From IMG/VR virus record IMGVR_UViG_3300037067_003630, positions 6,495 through 70,494 of that record: a DNA stretch of 64,000 nt. One strand, written 5' to 3'. The notes under the pieces are model-generated. The model worked only from the letters and a program-made list of their open reading frames with translations. It made no database searches and was not told the DNA's origin. Position 1 is the first letter of the stretch. Each line of letters begins with the position of its first letter. This stretch comes from a virus (lineage: Duplodnaviria > Caudoviricetes). The position numbers and the translations under genes are program-made. Shown here one piece after another: positions 28,031 to 36,314 of the stretch.

Positions 28031-28300
28031 CTATGGCAACTTCGCAACCCCTTTGTTAGTAGCTACTGCATATATCTTTAATTCCGGTATTGATACTTTC
28101 CATGGGAATTCTACGTCATTACGCTTATCAACATTAAGTTTCAAACTGTATTTTTCTGACAGACTTATGAGATCATCAATCATTAATTGCAAATGCCCCA
28201 TGCCACTATCATGAGTGATATCACACATTCCAACTGTAACTAGCTCCTTGTTGATGTCTAAAAAAGTATCTATTTTCTGTTTCAATTCCTCTAATTCCAT
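28031..28300 (-). CDS. Hypothetical protein
   Basis: ORF with SD in early operon. Confidence 0.55.
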   Translation of the reverse strand: MELEELKQKIDTFLDINKELVTVGMCDITHDSGMGHLQLMIDDLISLSEKYSLKLNVDKRNDVEFPWKVSIPELKIYAVATNKGVAKLP

Positions 28301-28361
28301 ACCTCTAACCCCCTTTCTGCATATTTATACATCCCACCGCATAATAACGGCGGTTTACCAG

Positions 28362-28583
28362 CTAATACAAATCTCCTACCAATTCCTTAACCTTCTCTTT
28401 AATATCCTCAATCTCAGTCAAACCGGATATTTCATCTAGCATATCTTTGATGCCATCTACTCTCTGCTCAAGACCGTCCTTCATACTATTAACAGCATCT
28501 ATCAACATAAAAACTGTGTTATTTTCAATGTCTGTCTGCTCTGCAACTACGGTGTTCTTTTCTATAAAATCACGATATTTCAT
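28362..28583 (-). CDS. Hypothetical acidic protein (paralog of 29925-30145)
   Basis: 73-aa ORF with GAGGTG SD. Confidence 0.65.
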   Translation of the reverse strand: MKYRDFIEKNTVVAEQTDIENNTVFMLIDAVNSMKDGLEQRVDGIKDMLDEISGLTEIEDIKEKVKELVGDLY

Positions 28584-28668
28584 ACCTTTATCACCTCTCT
28601 TTACTTTTCCTGTACCGCATGGTACAATGTGTATAGTTGTTGACCTCGCCGCCTTGAGCGGTATTTTT

Positions 28669-28842
28669 TTATTTCGAAAAGAATCCGCCCCAGTATAGCA
28701 AACCTAATGTAAGTAATGCTTCCACAAGCCATGCCCCTAAACTATACTTGCCGGTTCTAGGACGTCCATCAAGAATCACGTATAACACAAACGTTATTGC
28801 TATCAGGACAAGATAAATTATCTGTGGCGCTCCATAATACAA
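28669..28842 (-). CDS. Small membrane protein (not in ORF track)
   Basis: MYYGAPQIIYLVLIAITFVLYVILDGRPRTGKYSLG...LLYWGGFFSK; two hydrophobic segments. Confidence 0.6.
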   Translation of the reverse strand: MYYGAPQIIYLVLIAITFVLYVILDGRPRTGKYSLGAWLVEALLTLGLLYWGGFFSK

Positions 28843-28858
28843 ATCTCACCCCCCCCTT

Positions 28859-29551
28859 TCACTGAACCGTCCACATGCCATCCAGCATACCGGTGGAAAT
28901 GCTGTATGTTATGTTATTTCCAGATTTAACCTTTAACCAATAACCATTGACGTCATACAAGCCTTTGTCAGCAATCAGAGTGTACTTGATATTATCCAAT
29001 ACGATAAACGGTCTCTTGCCCTCTATAGCCGCCTTCCTAGCCTCCATGAAGCTGACAGGCTGGGGCTCCGGCTTGATTTCTTCAAACGTAGTTTTAGAGG
29101 TTATATAAGCACTCGTGCAATCAGGGAATATAAGACTGCCTTCTCTAACTAAAGCCACAGGACGCGCCTTGCCACTGCCATCCAAAGCGAAATATTCTAC
29201 CGTCTTGTACCGTTTCCCCTCATACCTCTGCGGATTCTCTGCCGCAAGTTTCATTAAATCGTAAGCTTTCAACTTCTTCTCCCCTTCCTCAATAAGTGTT
29301 AAATGTCTGTAGAGATTAGTCGCAATGTGTATTTTGCCGCGTTCACTGCGTAGCAAGTAAAGCGTGCCATAATAGCTAGCATGATGCTTCCCTATTGCAG
29401 CAACGGTATAATCGCCTATTGGAATAATTTCGCCATGCACCCAATCCTTCTTGAAATACTCAAGCCCATTCCTCTTGAAAAATTCGCTATAAGTTGTGAA
29501 TGAGCATCCGTTGTTTGACACGTGAACCCTGTCACCAATCTTAAAATCCAT
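28859..29551 (-). CDS. Hypothetical protein
   Basis: Long ORF in early operon; start uncertain. Confidence 0.6.
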   Translation of the reverse strand: MDFKIGDRVHVSNNGCSFTTYSEFFKRNGLEYFKKDWVHGEIIPIGDYTVAAIGKHHASYYGTLYLLRSERGKIHIATNLYRHLTLIEEGEKKLKAYDLMKLAAENPQRYEGKRYKTVEYFALDGSGKARPVALVREGSLIFPDCTSAYITSKTTFEEIKPEPQPVSFMEARKAAIEGKRPFIVLDNIKYTLIADKGLYDVNGYWLKVKSGNNITYSISTGMLDGMWTVQ

Positions 29552-29924
29552 AACCTTCACCCCTTCAAATTAATGTGCCTCTCCGAGCTCCCTAGCACCT
29601 TCTGCCGCTTCATTTCCTCAAGCTTTCTTGCCTCCTGCTTCCTGCATTCCGTTTTCGCCCAATCCCACATGCCGACAATGATGAGAGCGCAGACGATTAG
29701 TACACCTACCCAAATTGATTCATCCATGGCGTGTACCTCCCCTACCTTGTAGAATTTGCAATCTGTTCGATCCTCTGCTGCATGTTGGATGCCGGTAATT
29801 TATTTGCTCTAATGCGCGCCTCACGAAAAATGTCGAGCGAGATTGTTCGCCTTAGATAGTTCTCTACTGCCTGCCGTTGATAACCTTCAAATGCCTTTTG
29901 GTTTTTGTTCATAGCTTAACCTCC

Positions 29925-30145
29925 CTAATACAAATCCTTTGAAAGCTGTTGGGCTTTAGCCTTGATTTCATCAATCTCAGCAAGTCCAGTGATTTCATCC
30001 AGCATATCGCTGATTCCGTCAACCCTATTTTCAATATCATCTATCATTGACTTAACATCAACCAGCAGCATAAACTCTGTTTCTTCCTCAATGTCGCTTT
30101 GTTCCGCCTCAACAGTGTGTCGATAATGTACTTTCTGTAATCCAT
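29925..30145 (-). pseudogene. Frameshifted paralog of 28362-28583
   Basis: MDYRKYIID in one frame and TVEAEQSDIEEE...KDLY* in another; 221 nt versus 222 nt for the intact paralog. Confidence 0.7.
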
Positions 30146-30159
30146 GGTAAAACCTCCCC

Positions 30160-30444
30160 TTATGCGTACATCTTGACCGGATGCCGCAGATTATAGTAAT
30201 AGATAGTCCTGCGCTTCGACCTGCTCAATTTGCTGAGCTTAGTTGCCTTCCTGCGGCGTTCAATTGCAGCCTTCCTGATTGAGTCCTTTGGATTACGGAT
30301 ACCTGGAATGATTTTGCAACCCTCAAACTTACTGGTATGAACCGGATTTGCATACCTGTTGAAACCTGCTGTCATTGCGAAGATTGCCGCAAGCAGACTT
30401 TTGCCCTGTTCGTGCCCTGATACGCCTACATTTGATTTGTCCAT
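30160..30444 (-). CDS. Basic hypothetical protein
   Basis: ORF with SD. Confidence 0.55.
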   Translation of the reverse strand: MDKSNVGVSGHEQGKSLLAAIFAMTAGFNRYANPVHTSKFEGCKIIPGIRNPKDSIRKAAIERRRKATKLSKLSRSKRRTIYYYNLRHPVKMYA

Positions 30445-30464
30445 AGACTTGACCCCTCCATTCC

Positions 30465-30680
30465 CTATATAACCTTCTTCCGTGGGTCAGTTTCCCACGG
30501 CTGAACTTTGCCTAGCTTCCAGCGTATTACATCAACGTAGTACTTTGCATCTTTCAAGCTTTTGTGCTTGACTTCCCTAACGAGTTTTATTGCCTTAATT
30601 GGTTCATTTTCAAGTACCAGGTCTTTGACTTTGCGCTTTAAACTAAGCAGTTTTATTTCTACAAAATTGAAAAATACCAT
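30465..30680 (-). CDS. Protein resembling the ribosomal protein L7/L12 C-terminal domain
   Basis: EPIKAIKLVREVKHKSLKDAKYYVD resembles the KIxAIKxVRE.TGLGLKEAK..VE signature. Confidence 0.5.
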   Translation of the reverse strand: MVFFNFVEIKLLSLKRKVKDLVLENEPIKAIKLVREVKHKSLKDAKYYVDVIRWKLGKVQPWETDPRKKVI

Positions 30681-30693
30681 CGACTTTCCCCTC

Positions 30694-30906
30694 CTATAAT
30701 TTAGTTTCATTGAGAATTTTGATTAACTGCGCTTGAATTCTGGCAATACAGAAGCTTAACTCCATAGGACTCATGCAACTAATTACGGTTTTAAGGTTGT
30801 TTTCTTCAAGTGCTACTAGTAAAAACTTTTCATAAATTTTCTGTTCTTCGCCAGGATCGTTAAAAATTACAATTACACTTGCAGATTCCATATCCTTGAC
30901 CTCCAT
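30694..30906 (-). CDS. Hypothetical protein
   Basis: ORF in early operon. Confidence 0.5.
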   Translation of the reverse strand: MEVKDMESASVIVIFNDPGEEQKIYEKFLLVALEENNLKTVISCMSPMELSFCIARIQAQLIKILNETKL

Positions 30907-30976
30907 TTCATTTAGTTTCGGAGAGGAAGCTACAGACTTACCTCTCCACTGTTTGATCGTGCTGCCCGGCTGATGG

Positions 30977-31225
30977 TTATACCTTTGCCTGTACGGTTTC
31001 TAGCGTGTCACCAATTTCTTTTACCTGGCTTCTTATACAAATTAGCCTTTCTCTTAAGTTTGCTGGCGGTTCTTTCTTGTCGCACGGCGGTTGAGGACTT
31101 GAACCGTACATTCTGTTATCAATGACATTAGCAAGACTGTTTACCTTGTCAAGTATGTCAATGATTTCCTGTGCTATGTCGTTTAATAATTCGATCGGTG
31201 CTACTGCACATTTTGCCTCGTTCAT
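30977..31225 (-). CDS. Hypothetical protein
   Basis: GGAGGT SD before ATG 31225. Confidence 0.6.
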   Translation of the reverse strand: MNEAKCAVAPIELLNDIAQEIIDILDKVNSLANVIDNRMYGSSPQPPCDKKEPPANLRERLICIRSQVKEIGDTLETVQAKV

Positions 31226-31263
31226 ACATTTACCTCCTTCCGTAAATTTTGCCTTTCGGCTTG

Positions 31264-31382
31264 TGGGAAAGGTGAGAGTCGAACTCACAATACCTGTTTC
31301 CCTTGGTCTAGCAAATACGCACAATCGTCATTGTGTAGTTTGCTATTCCGCACCAGTGCGTTACCAATTTCGCTACTTCCCC
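31264..31382 (-). ncRNA. tRNA-like RNA with a 38-nt hairpin inserted in the anticodon loop
   Basis: Acceptor GGGGAAG/CTTTCCC+A, D arm GCG-AAATTGGTAA-CGC, T arm GTGAG-TTCGACT-CTCAC. The anticodon region carries TAGCAAA..CACAAT-GACG-ATTGTG..TTTGCTA. No encoded CCA. Confidence 0.7.
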
Positions 31383-31397
31383 ATATTGGCGGATATT

Positions 31398-31718
31398 TCA
31401 GTCCGCCGTTTTTGTCATAATCGCAACATACATTTCCCCCGAAAGCACCTCTGTCCCTTGACAGTCTATTTCTATCCTGCAATGCGGGTTAAAGTTAGCC
31501 ATTAACCAATCCTGCAACGGTTTTGCCAGCGCTCCCAATTCGTCATATTTTTCCTGTCCCTTTGCTTCTTCGTTCCAGCATTTTTCACAATTATGTGGCG
31601 TATAAATATCTTTAGGTGTAGGGCATCGCACATTTGGAGGGCATTCTTCCAGCATAATTGCATCTTTAACCGGGACTTGTTTCGGATTATTTTGCAGATA
31701 TAACTCTATCCTTGTCAT
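31398..31718 (-). CDS. Hypothetical protein
   Basis: ORF from ATG 31718 lying between tRNA-like elements. Confidence 0.55.
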   Translation of the reverse strand: MTRIELYLQNNPKQVPVKDAIMLEECPPNVRCPTPKDIYTPHNCEKCWNEEAKGQEKYDELGALAKPLQDWLMANFNPHCRIEIDCQGTEVLSGEMYVAIMTKTAD

Positions 31719-31835
31719 TTTTGCACATCCTTTATTTTTTATTTGCCTTTCGGCTTGCCGGATACGCTCCGGCGGGCGGCATGTGCTCACCTGATTTATA
31801 CTCTCAGTCGGTACATGCTTCGTGTGTGGAGCTTG

Positions 31836-31869
31836 CGGGAAAGGTGAGGCTGGTTACTCACTCTCTCCC
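31836..31869 (-). ncRNA. tRNA minihelix-like element (acceptor stem plus T-arm-like hairpin only)
   Basis: GGGAGAG-A-GTGAG-TAACCAGC-CTCAC-CTTTCCC-G-CAAGC; the 3' half nearly duplicates that of 31264-31382. Confidence 0.5.
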
Positions 31870-31875
31870 ATATAG

Positions 31876-31975
31876 TGGACGGAGCAGGATTTGAACCTGC
31901 ACGATTGCCTACTCTTTCGTTCGGAACTTTCACCGGATTAAGATTCCGGCGCGGCTACCATTTCGCCATCCGTCC
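31876..31975 (-). tRNA. Atypical tRNA: anticodon CTT (Lys) on a Leu/Ser-type body with a long variable region
   Basis: Acceptor GGACGGA/TCCGTCC+A, D loop GCGAAATGGTAGCCGC, anticodon stem CCGGA-ATCTTAA-TCCGG, ~30-nt variable region, T arm GCAGG-TTCAAAT-CCTGC. No encoded CCA. Confidence 0.6.
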
Positions 31976-32014
31976 ATATTAGCGGGCATCCTCGCCCGCT
32001 TTGCTTAGTGCGAA

Positions 32015-32317
32015 CTATTTTGCAAGAAAATGGCCGTCTTTCACAACTTCAAAATTGCCCTTTTTAACATACATCAGCATGCCGTCTCCGCCTTCTTCCC
32101 ACCATTCCTTCACATCTTCAACAGTTTGCCATCCCTGAACCGGATCAGTCTTATCCATGTTAAAAAGCCCTTCGTAAAATCTCGGCTGGTCAGCATCCTT
32201 GCATCCGTATACAATCAAGTCACCTACGACACCGACACGTCCAACGATGTCGATATTCTTTAAGTAATCATATGTGTCGCCGCCCGTAACCCTTGCGAAT
32301 ACTATTTTATCTGCCAT
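32015..32317 (-). CDS. Hypothetical protein
   Basis: GGAGGG SD before ATG 32317. Confidence 0.6.
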   Translation of the reverse strand: MADKIVFARVTGGDTYDYLKNIDIVGRVGVVGDLIVYGCKDADQPRFYEGLFNMDKTDPVQGWQTVEDVKEWWEEGGDGMLMYVKKGNFEVVKDGHFLAK

Positions 32318-32593
32318 TAAAATCCCTCCACTCATTTACAAATTCATTTCAACTCTCTTTCCCCCGCCCCCATTTCCCTCACCTGCACCCATTTCGCAAC
32401 CCTCAGGCATTGCAGGAATATCTCCCGTGCATCTGCCAGCGTTGTCCGGGTGCGAAACGGCAGGCGGTTGGCGCGTATGTCTGCTGTTGCCATATCGAGG
32501 GCTGTTTTGGTTAGATTAGTCATTATGGGTGAGCCTCCAGTTTCCAAATTTCTGATTATGTGGTAAAATTGTGTCGAAAGGGGGTGAATATAT

Positions 32594-32755
32594 ATGCCTA
32601 AAAAATCGCCTTGGCACTCAATCAAGCAACCTGTACATCACGACAACACCAACTGCAACACCGGTAACAACATTGAAAAGGAAAACCTGAGACAAGGAAC
32701 CGGCGGAAAACCTCTCTGTCAAGAATGCGCAGGACTAGACAAACAAGGGAAATAG
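32594..32755 (+). CDS. Small His/Cys-containing protein (not in ORF track)
   Basis: MPKKSPWHSIKQPVHHDNTNCNTGNNIEKENLRQGTGGKPLCQECAGL; strong GGGGGTGA SD; antisense to the early operon. Confidence 0.7.
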   Translation: MPKKSPWHSIKQPVHHDNTNCNTGNNIEKENLRQGTGGKPLCQECAGLDKQGK

Positions 32756-33043
32756 TCATTTGCCAGGGTGGTAAAATGTCATTTCCCAATCGGGGCCGAC
32801 AGGCTCACCGTCGATGATGGGCCATATACGCCTGAGATTTGAGGGTTTTAAATCATTTTGCAACGCGATTGCAAGTGCTTTGAAGCCCTCGCTTCTTTCC
32901 CCGTGGAATCGTACAGTAGGTTCCGGATAACAATGTCCTGGTCCGCTCTCACATGATTCATAAGTTTCTATGCCTCCTTCAGCAAGAATCTCAACTTCGC
33001 GTTCAATACCTTTGTCCAATGGCGGCGAATATTCTTTCTTCAT
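32756..33043 (-). CDS. Hypothetical protein
   Basis: GGAGG SD; stop codon abuts that of the convergent small gene. Confidence 0.65.
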   Translation of the reverse strand: MKKEYSPPLDKGIEREVEILAEGGIETYESCESGPGHCYPEPTVRFHGERSEGFKALAIALQNDLKPSNLRRIWPIIDGEPVGPDWEMTFYHPGK

Positions 33044-33132
33044 GGTGTTTCCTCCTTTGCTTACTCCTTGACCTCGCCTATGTACTCATAAAACAATTTA
33101 GGCGATATGTGATATGTCTACACTGATATGGA

Positions 33133-33858
33133 TTAGGCCGATAATGCTTTTTGTCTATCCAGTACTTTCCTGATATAGTCAAGTCCCTTCTGGTAGACTA
33201 ACGTTTTAATACTGATGCAGGTTGTTCCGTCCGGCTTCGTGTACTTCTGTTCAACTACTCTGAAATAGCCACGGTCAACATATTCCTGATAAGGCTCGTT
33301 ATTATCTCTCAATATGCCTTCTGACCGGAGAATCCTGAATAATACATTCCTGCCCTTGCCATAGTTCAGTACTTTTGCAGCCTGTGACATTTCAATAGCA
33401 TCTTTACTGTTGGCTACTGCATCAAAGAATTCAGCTTTGGGCTTCATAAGGGCTATCACTTCATCTTTGGATTCAATGAGCTTCTGAGCTTCGATGAGTG
33501 CGGTTGCTATGAGTAGTTGTGGGGTCATTTTCTGATGAAAGTAATTTTCAACCAGCATTTCATAAACTTCCCACGCCTTGTCTGTATTGAGTGATTTGGC
33601 ATGAAGCAATGTGCCCTTTTCTGTCCAGAGCATGAATTTATTGATGTTTGGCGCAAGGTAGCAATTTGATACTTCGCCCTTAAAGGCTTGTAATTCCTCG
33701 CCCTCAAGAATGAAATAATGTATGCCTAGAATGTACCTATCCTGATTCCGCATAAAGTTCTGTCTTATGCGCTCGGTCTCGGTTTCGTAACCATCTGCCA
33801 GTTGCTGAGTAGTCAATACTCTCTGATTTTTGTGTTCGATTGGTACAAGACTGTTCAT
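33133..33858 (-). CDS. Phage antirepressor (ORF6N N-terminal plus ANT/KilAC C-terminal)
   Basis: QRVLTTQQLADGYET, LWTEKGTLLHAKSLNTDKAW, MKPKAEFFDAV and TLVYQKGLDYI motifs. Confidence 0.9.
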   Translation of the reverse strand: MNSLVPIEHKNQRVLTTQQLADGYETETERIRQNFMRNQDRYILGIHYFILEGEELQAFKGEVSNCYLAPNINKFMLWTEKGTLLHAKSLNTDKAWEVYEMLVENYFHQKMTPQLLIATALIEAQKLIESKDEVIALMKPKAEFFDAVANSKDAIEMSQAAKVLNYGKGRNVLFRILRSEGILRDNNEPYQEYVDRGYFRVVEQKYTKPDGTTCISIKTLVYQKGLDYIRKVLDRQKALSA

Positions 33859-33903
33859 AGCGTTCCTCGCTTCCTATCCTTGTAAAACTTTGATATACTC
33901 CCA

Positions 33904-34116
33904 TTGAAGGGAGGCGATTCCGTGGATCCTAATTTTTGTCCATTTGCCAACGCAATGTGTAGAAAAGATTGCGTATTGTACAAAGATATTATGGTTGCTG
34001 ACCCTTGCGGGAAAGCTTCGCATTGCTGGTTGTCTATTAAAATCAAGGATATTAATGAGTACCAGCATGATGATTTAACGCTAATTCTAAATACTATGAA
34101 GAGCAAAAAGCGTTAA
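33904..34116 (+). CDS. Small Cys-rich hypothetical protein
   Basis: FCPF...CRKDCVLY...HCW; on the opposite strand within the early operon. Confidence 0.5.
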   Translation: MKGGDSVDPNFCPFANAMCRKDCVLYKDIMVADPCGKASHCWLSIKIKDINEYQHDDLTLILNTMKSKKR

Positions 34117-34368
34117 TTTTCACAATCAAATAACTTTTCTTCGGCTCTTTGTACGGTAGCTTTTTGAGATATAGAATGTTTCAGATAAATCAATATCTCC
34201 TCAGCTTCATTTACCGTGCATTTTTTTTCGGCTAATAGGTTGATAATTTCTCTTACAATTGCCTCATTCTTTGCAGTAGCATCCATTATGTGGTTCCTCC
34301 TTTCCTTAAGACTCACTTGCGTTTCCTCCGATAGGCAAGCGAACATTAGCCCCCTGTGGAGCATGGTA

Positions 34369-34593
34369 TTACGCTGGCTTCTCTCCACCAATATCAGAGC
34401 CTTTCATGTAAAGCAAGAATCTTTCTGTATTTATGTAGAAAGCCCATCTTTCCATTTCAACGCCTGTACCGAACGGAAATCTTCCCTGCTGCAATGCGAG
34501 TTGTAAAAACCTCGGGGTAACATCCATAATCGCCGCAGCATCTTGAACAGTTATTGTATAAGGCCGTTTTTGTTCCAGCTCTAGAAGGGTCAT
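34369..34593 (-). CDS. Excisionase-like/HTH protein
   Basis: ITVQDAAAIMDVTPRFLQLALQQGRFPFG..., near the start of the early operon. Confidence 0.7.
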   Translation of the reverse strand: MTLLELEQKRPYTITVQDAAAIMDVTPRFLQLALQQGRFPFGTGVEMERWAFYINTERFLLYMKGSDIGGEKPA

Positions 34594-34789
34594 AACTATT
34601 CCTCCCTTGTATTGGAATCGGCAATCATGACGGCGCCACGTAAGGTTGCTAGGACAAGTTCCTTTTGTTTATCATTTAGTTTTCCAATAAGAGAAATAAC
34701 TTCTTGAAAGTCTCTTATATTGATGCTGTCGTTTACAGAATTGCTTTCTAACATTTTGACCACCTCACCTTTAAATATCCAGCGATAAT

Positions 34790-34865
34790 TTAAGACTATC
34801 TTAATATTAATATAGATTATCCTTAAAGTCAAGGCGTTTTTAAAAATACTTATAGACAATCTATA
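34790..34865. promoter_or_regulatory. Lysis/lysogeny switch operators (three ~15-bp imperfect palindromes)
   Basis: TTAAGACTATCTTAA (34790), TATAGATTATCCTTA (34811) and TATAGACAATCTATA (34851) between divergent genes. Confidence 0.6.
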
Positions 34866-34889
34866 AAAATAAATATATAATAATGTAAA

Positions 34890-35264
34890 ATGGAGGTGGA
34901 TGAATTGAGTATAGGTGAAAGAATAAAGAGTATAAGAATGGGACAAAAAATTAAGCAAGGAGATGCGGCTGTCAAGATTGGAATTAAACAGGGAAGCCTT
35001 TCTGATATTGAAAGAGGAAAAGTTAATATAGTAACAGATAGGGTAATAAAAGATGTTTGCCGCGAATTTAATGTGAATGAAGAATGGCTTAGGACTGGCA
35101 TTGGAGAAGTGTATAACAGTTTCAATATTGACTTTGAAGAGTTCTTATTAACGAATGCTAGTCAACTTGACGAACTCGATAGAAAGATAATACAAGAGTA
35201 TATTAAATTAAAACCTAACCAAAGAAATGTTATTAAGGAATATATTAGCAAATTGACGATTTGA
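34890..35264 (+). CDS. XRE-family (CI-like) repressor
   Basis: IGERIKSIR...IKQGDAAVKIGIKQGSLSDIERGK...FNVNEEWLRTGIGE. Confidence 0.88.
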   Translation: MEVDELSIGERIKSIRMGQKIKQGDAAVKIGIKQGSLSDIERGKVNIVTDRVIKDVCREFNVNEEWLRTGIGEVYNSFNIDFEEFLLTNASQLDELDRKIIQEYIKLKPNQRNVIKEYISKLTI

Positions 35265-35274
35265 AGGTGACTAG

Positions 35275-36300
35275 ATGAAACTCCCGAACGGATATGGCAC
35301 CATATATCGATTACCCGGAAACCGCAGAAGGCCTTACATGACTCGCAAGACTATCGGCAAAACAGATACTGGAAAGCCGATTTATGAAACGATAGGGTAC
35401 TTTGAAGACAAGGAACTGGCGTTGAATGCGTTAGTAAAAAGTCACACAGAACCCATAATACCAAAAGCAGATATAACCCTAAAAGATTTATATGATGAAT
35501 GGTATCCCGATAAATATGAGTATATTTCAAAGCAAACAGAGGATTGCTATAGAGCTGCATGGAATCGCTTATCTGTATATGGCAAGGTCGAATTTAAAGA
35601 ACTAAGGACAGGTCACATTCAATCGGTCGTCAATAAGTGTCATAAGGAAGGCAAAAGCATTTCAACTATAAAAAATATTAAAATATTGGCTTCAATGCTT
35701 TACGATTATGCCCTGCAAAATGATGTGGTCAATAAAAATTATGCTGAATTTGTCAGACTTCCTAAAGTTGAAAAAGAAGAAAAAGAAATATTTACCGACT
35801 TAGAAATACAGAAACTAGAAAAGGCAGAGGGCGAACCATGGGTTGATACAATACTCATACTGATATATACAGGGTTGAGGATAAATGAACTTTTAAGTCT
35901 TACAAAATTCAGTATAAACTTTGAAAACCAAACAATAACCGGAGGACTTAAAACCGAAGCTGGTAAGAACAGGATAATACCCATACACCCAAAGATATTA
36001 AAATATATAAAAACATGGTATGACAAAAATGGTGAATATCTTATATGCAATGAAAAAGGCAAGCATTTGTCGGACAGGGTATACCGTGATACGCTTTACC
36101 TTCCGGCACTTGATGCCCATGGGGTGAGAAAACTTAATCCTCATAGTTGCCGTCATACCTGCGCCAGCTTATTGGCGAAAGCCGGAGCCGACACTCTATA
36201 TATTCAGAGGATACTCGGTCATGCTAAGTATTCTTTTACTGCCGACACTTATACTCGCACCGATATTGAGGAACTCAGGAAAGCCATTTTGAAAATTTGA
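35275..36300 (+). CDS. int: Tyrosine recombinase (phage integrase)
   Basis: MKLPNGYG arm-binding N-terminus; YTGLRINELL (R), K, HSCRH (HxxR), LGH and catalytic Y in TADTYT. Confidence 0.95.
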   Translation: MKLPNGYGTIYRLPGNRRRPYMTRKTIGKTDTGKPIYETIGYFEDKELALNALVKSHTEPIIPKADITLKDLYDEWYPDKYEYISKQTEDCYRAAWNRLSVYGKVEFKELRTGHIQSVVNKCHKEGKSISTIKNIKILASMLYDYALQNDVVNKNYAEFVRLPKVEKEEKEIFTDLEIQKLEKAEGEPWVDTILILIYTGLRINELLSLTKFSINFENQTITGGLKTEAGKNRIIPIHPKILKYIKTWYDKNGEYLICNEKGKHLSDRVYRDTLYLPALDAHGVRKLNPHSCRHTCASLLAKAGADTLYIQRILGHAKYSFTADTYTRTDIEELRKAILKI

Positions 36301-36314
36301 TGTTTGCATAAGGC

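Noticed and set aside
31800-31875. HDV-like theta ribozyme after the tRNA
   Set aside because: Stems are nested (GTGAG/CTCAC inside GGGAGAG/CTTTCCC); I could not build the double pseudoknot by eye. A motif search would be decisive.
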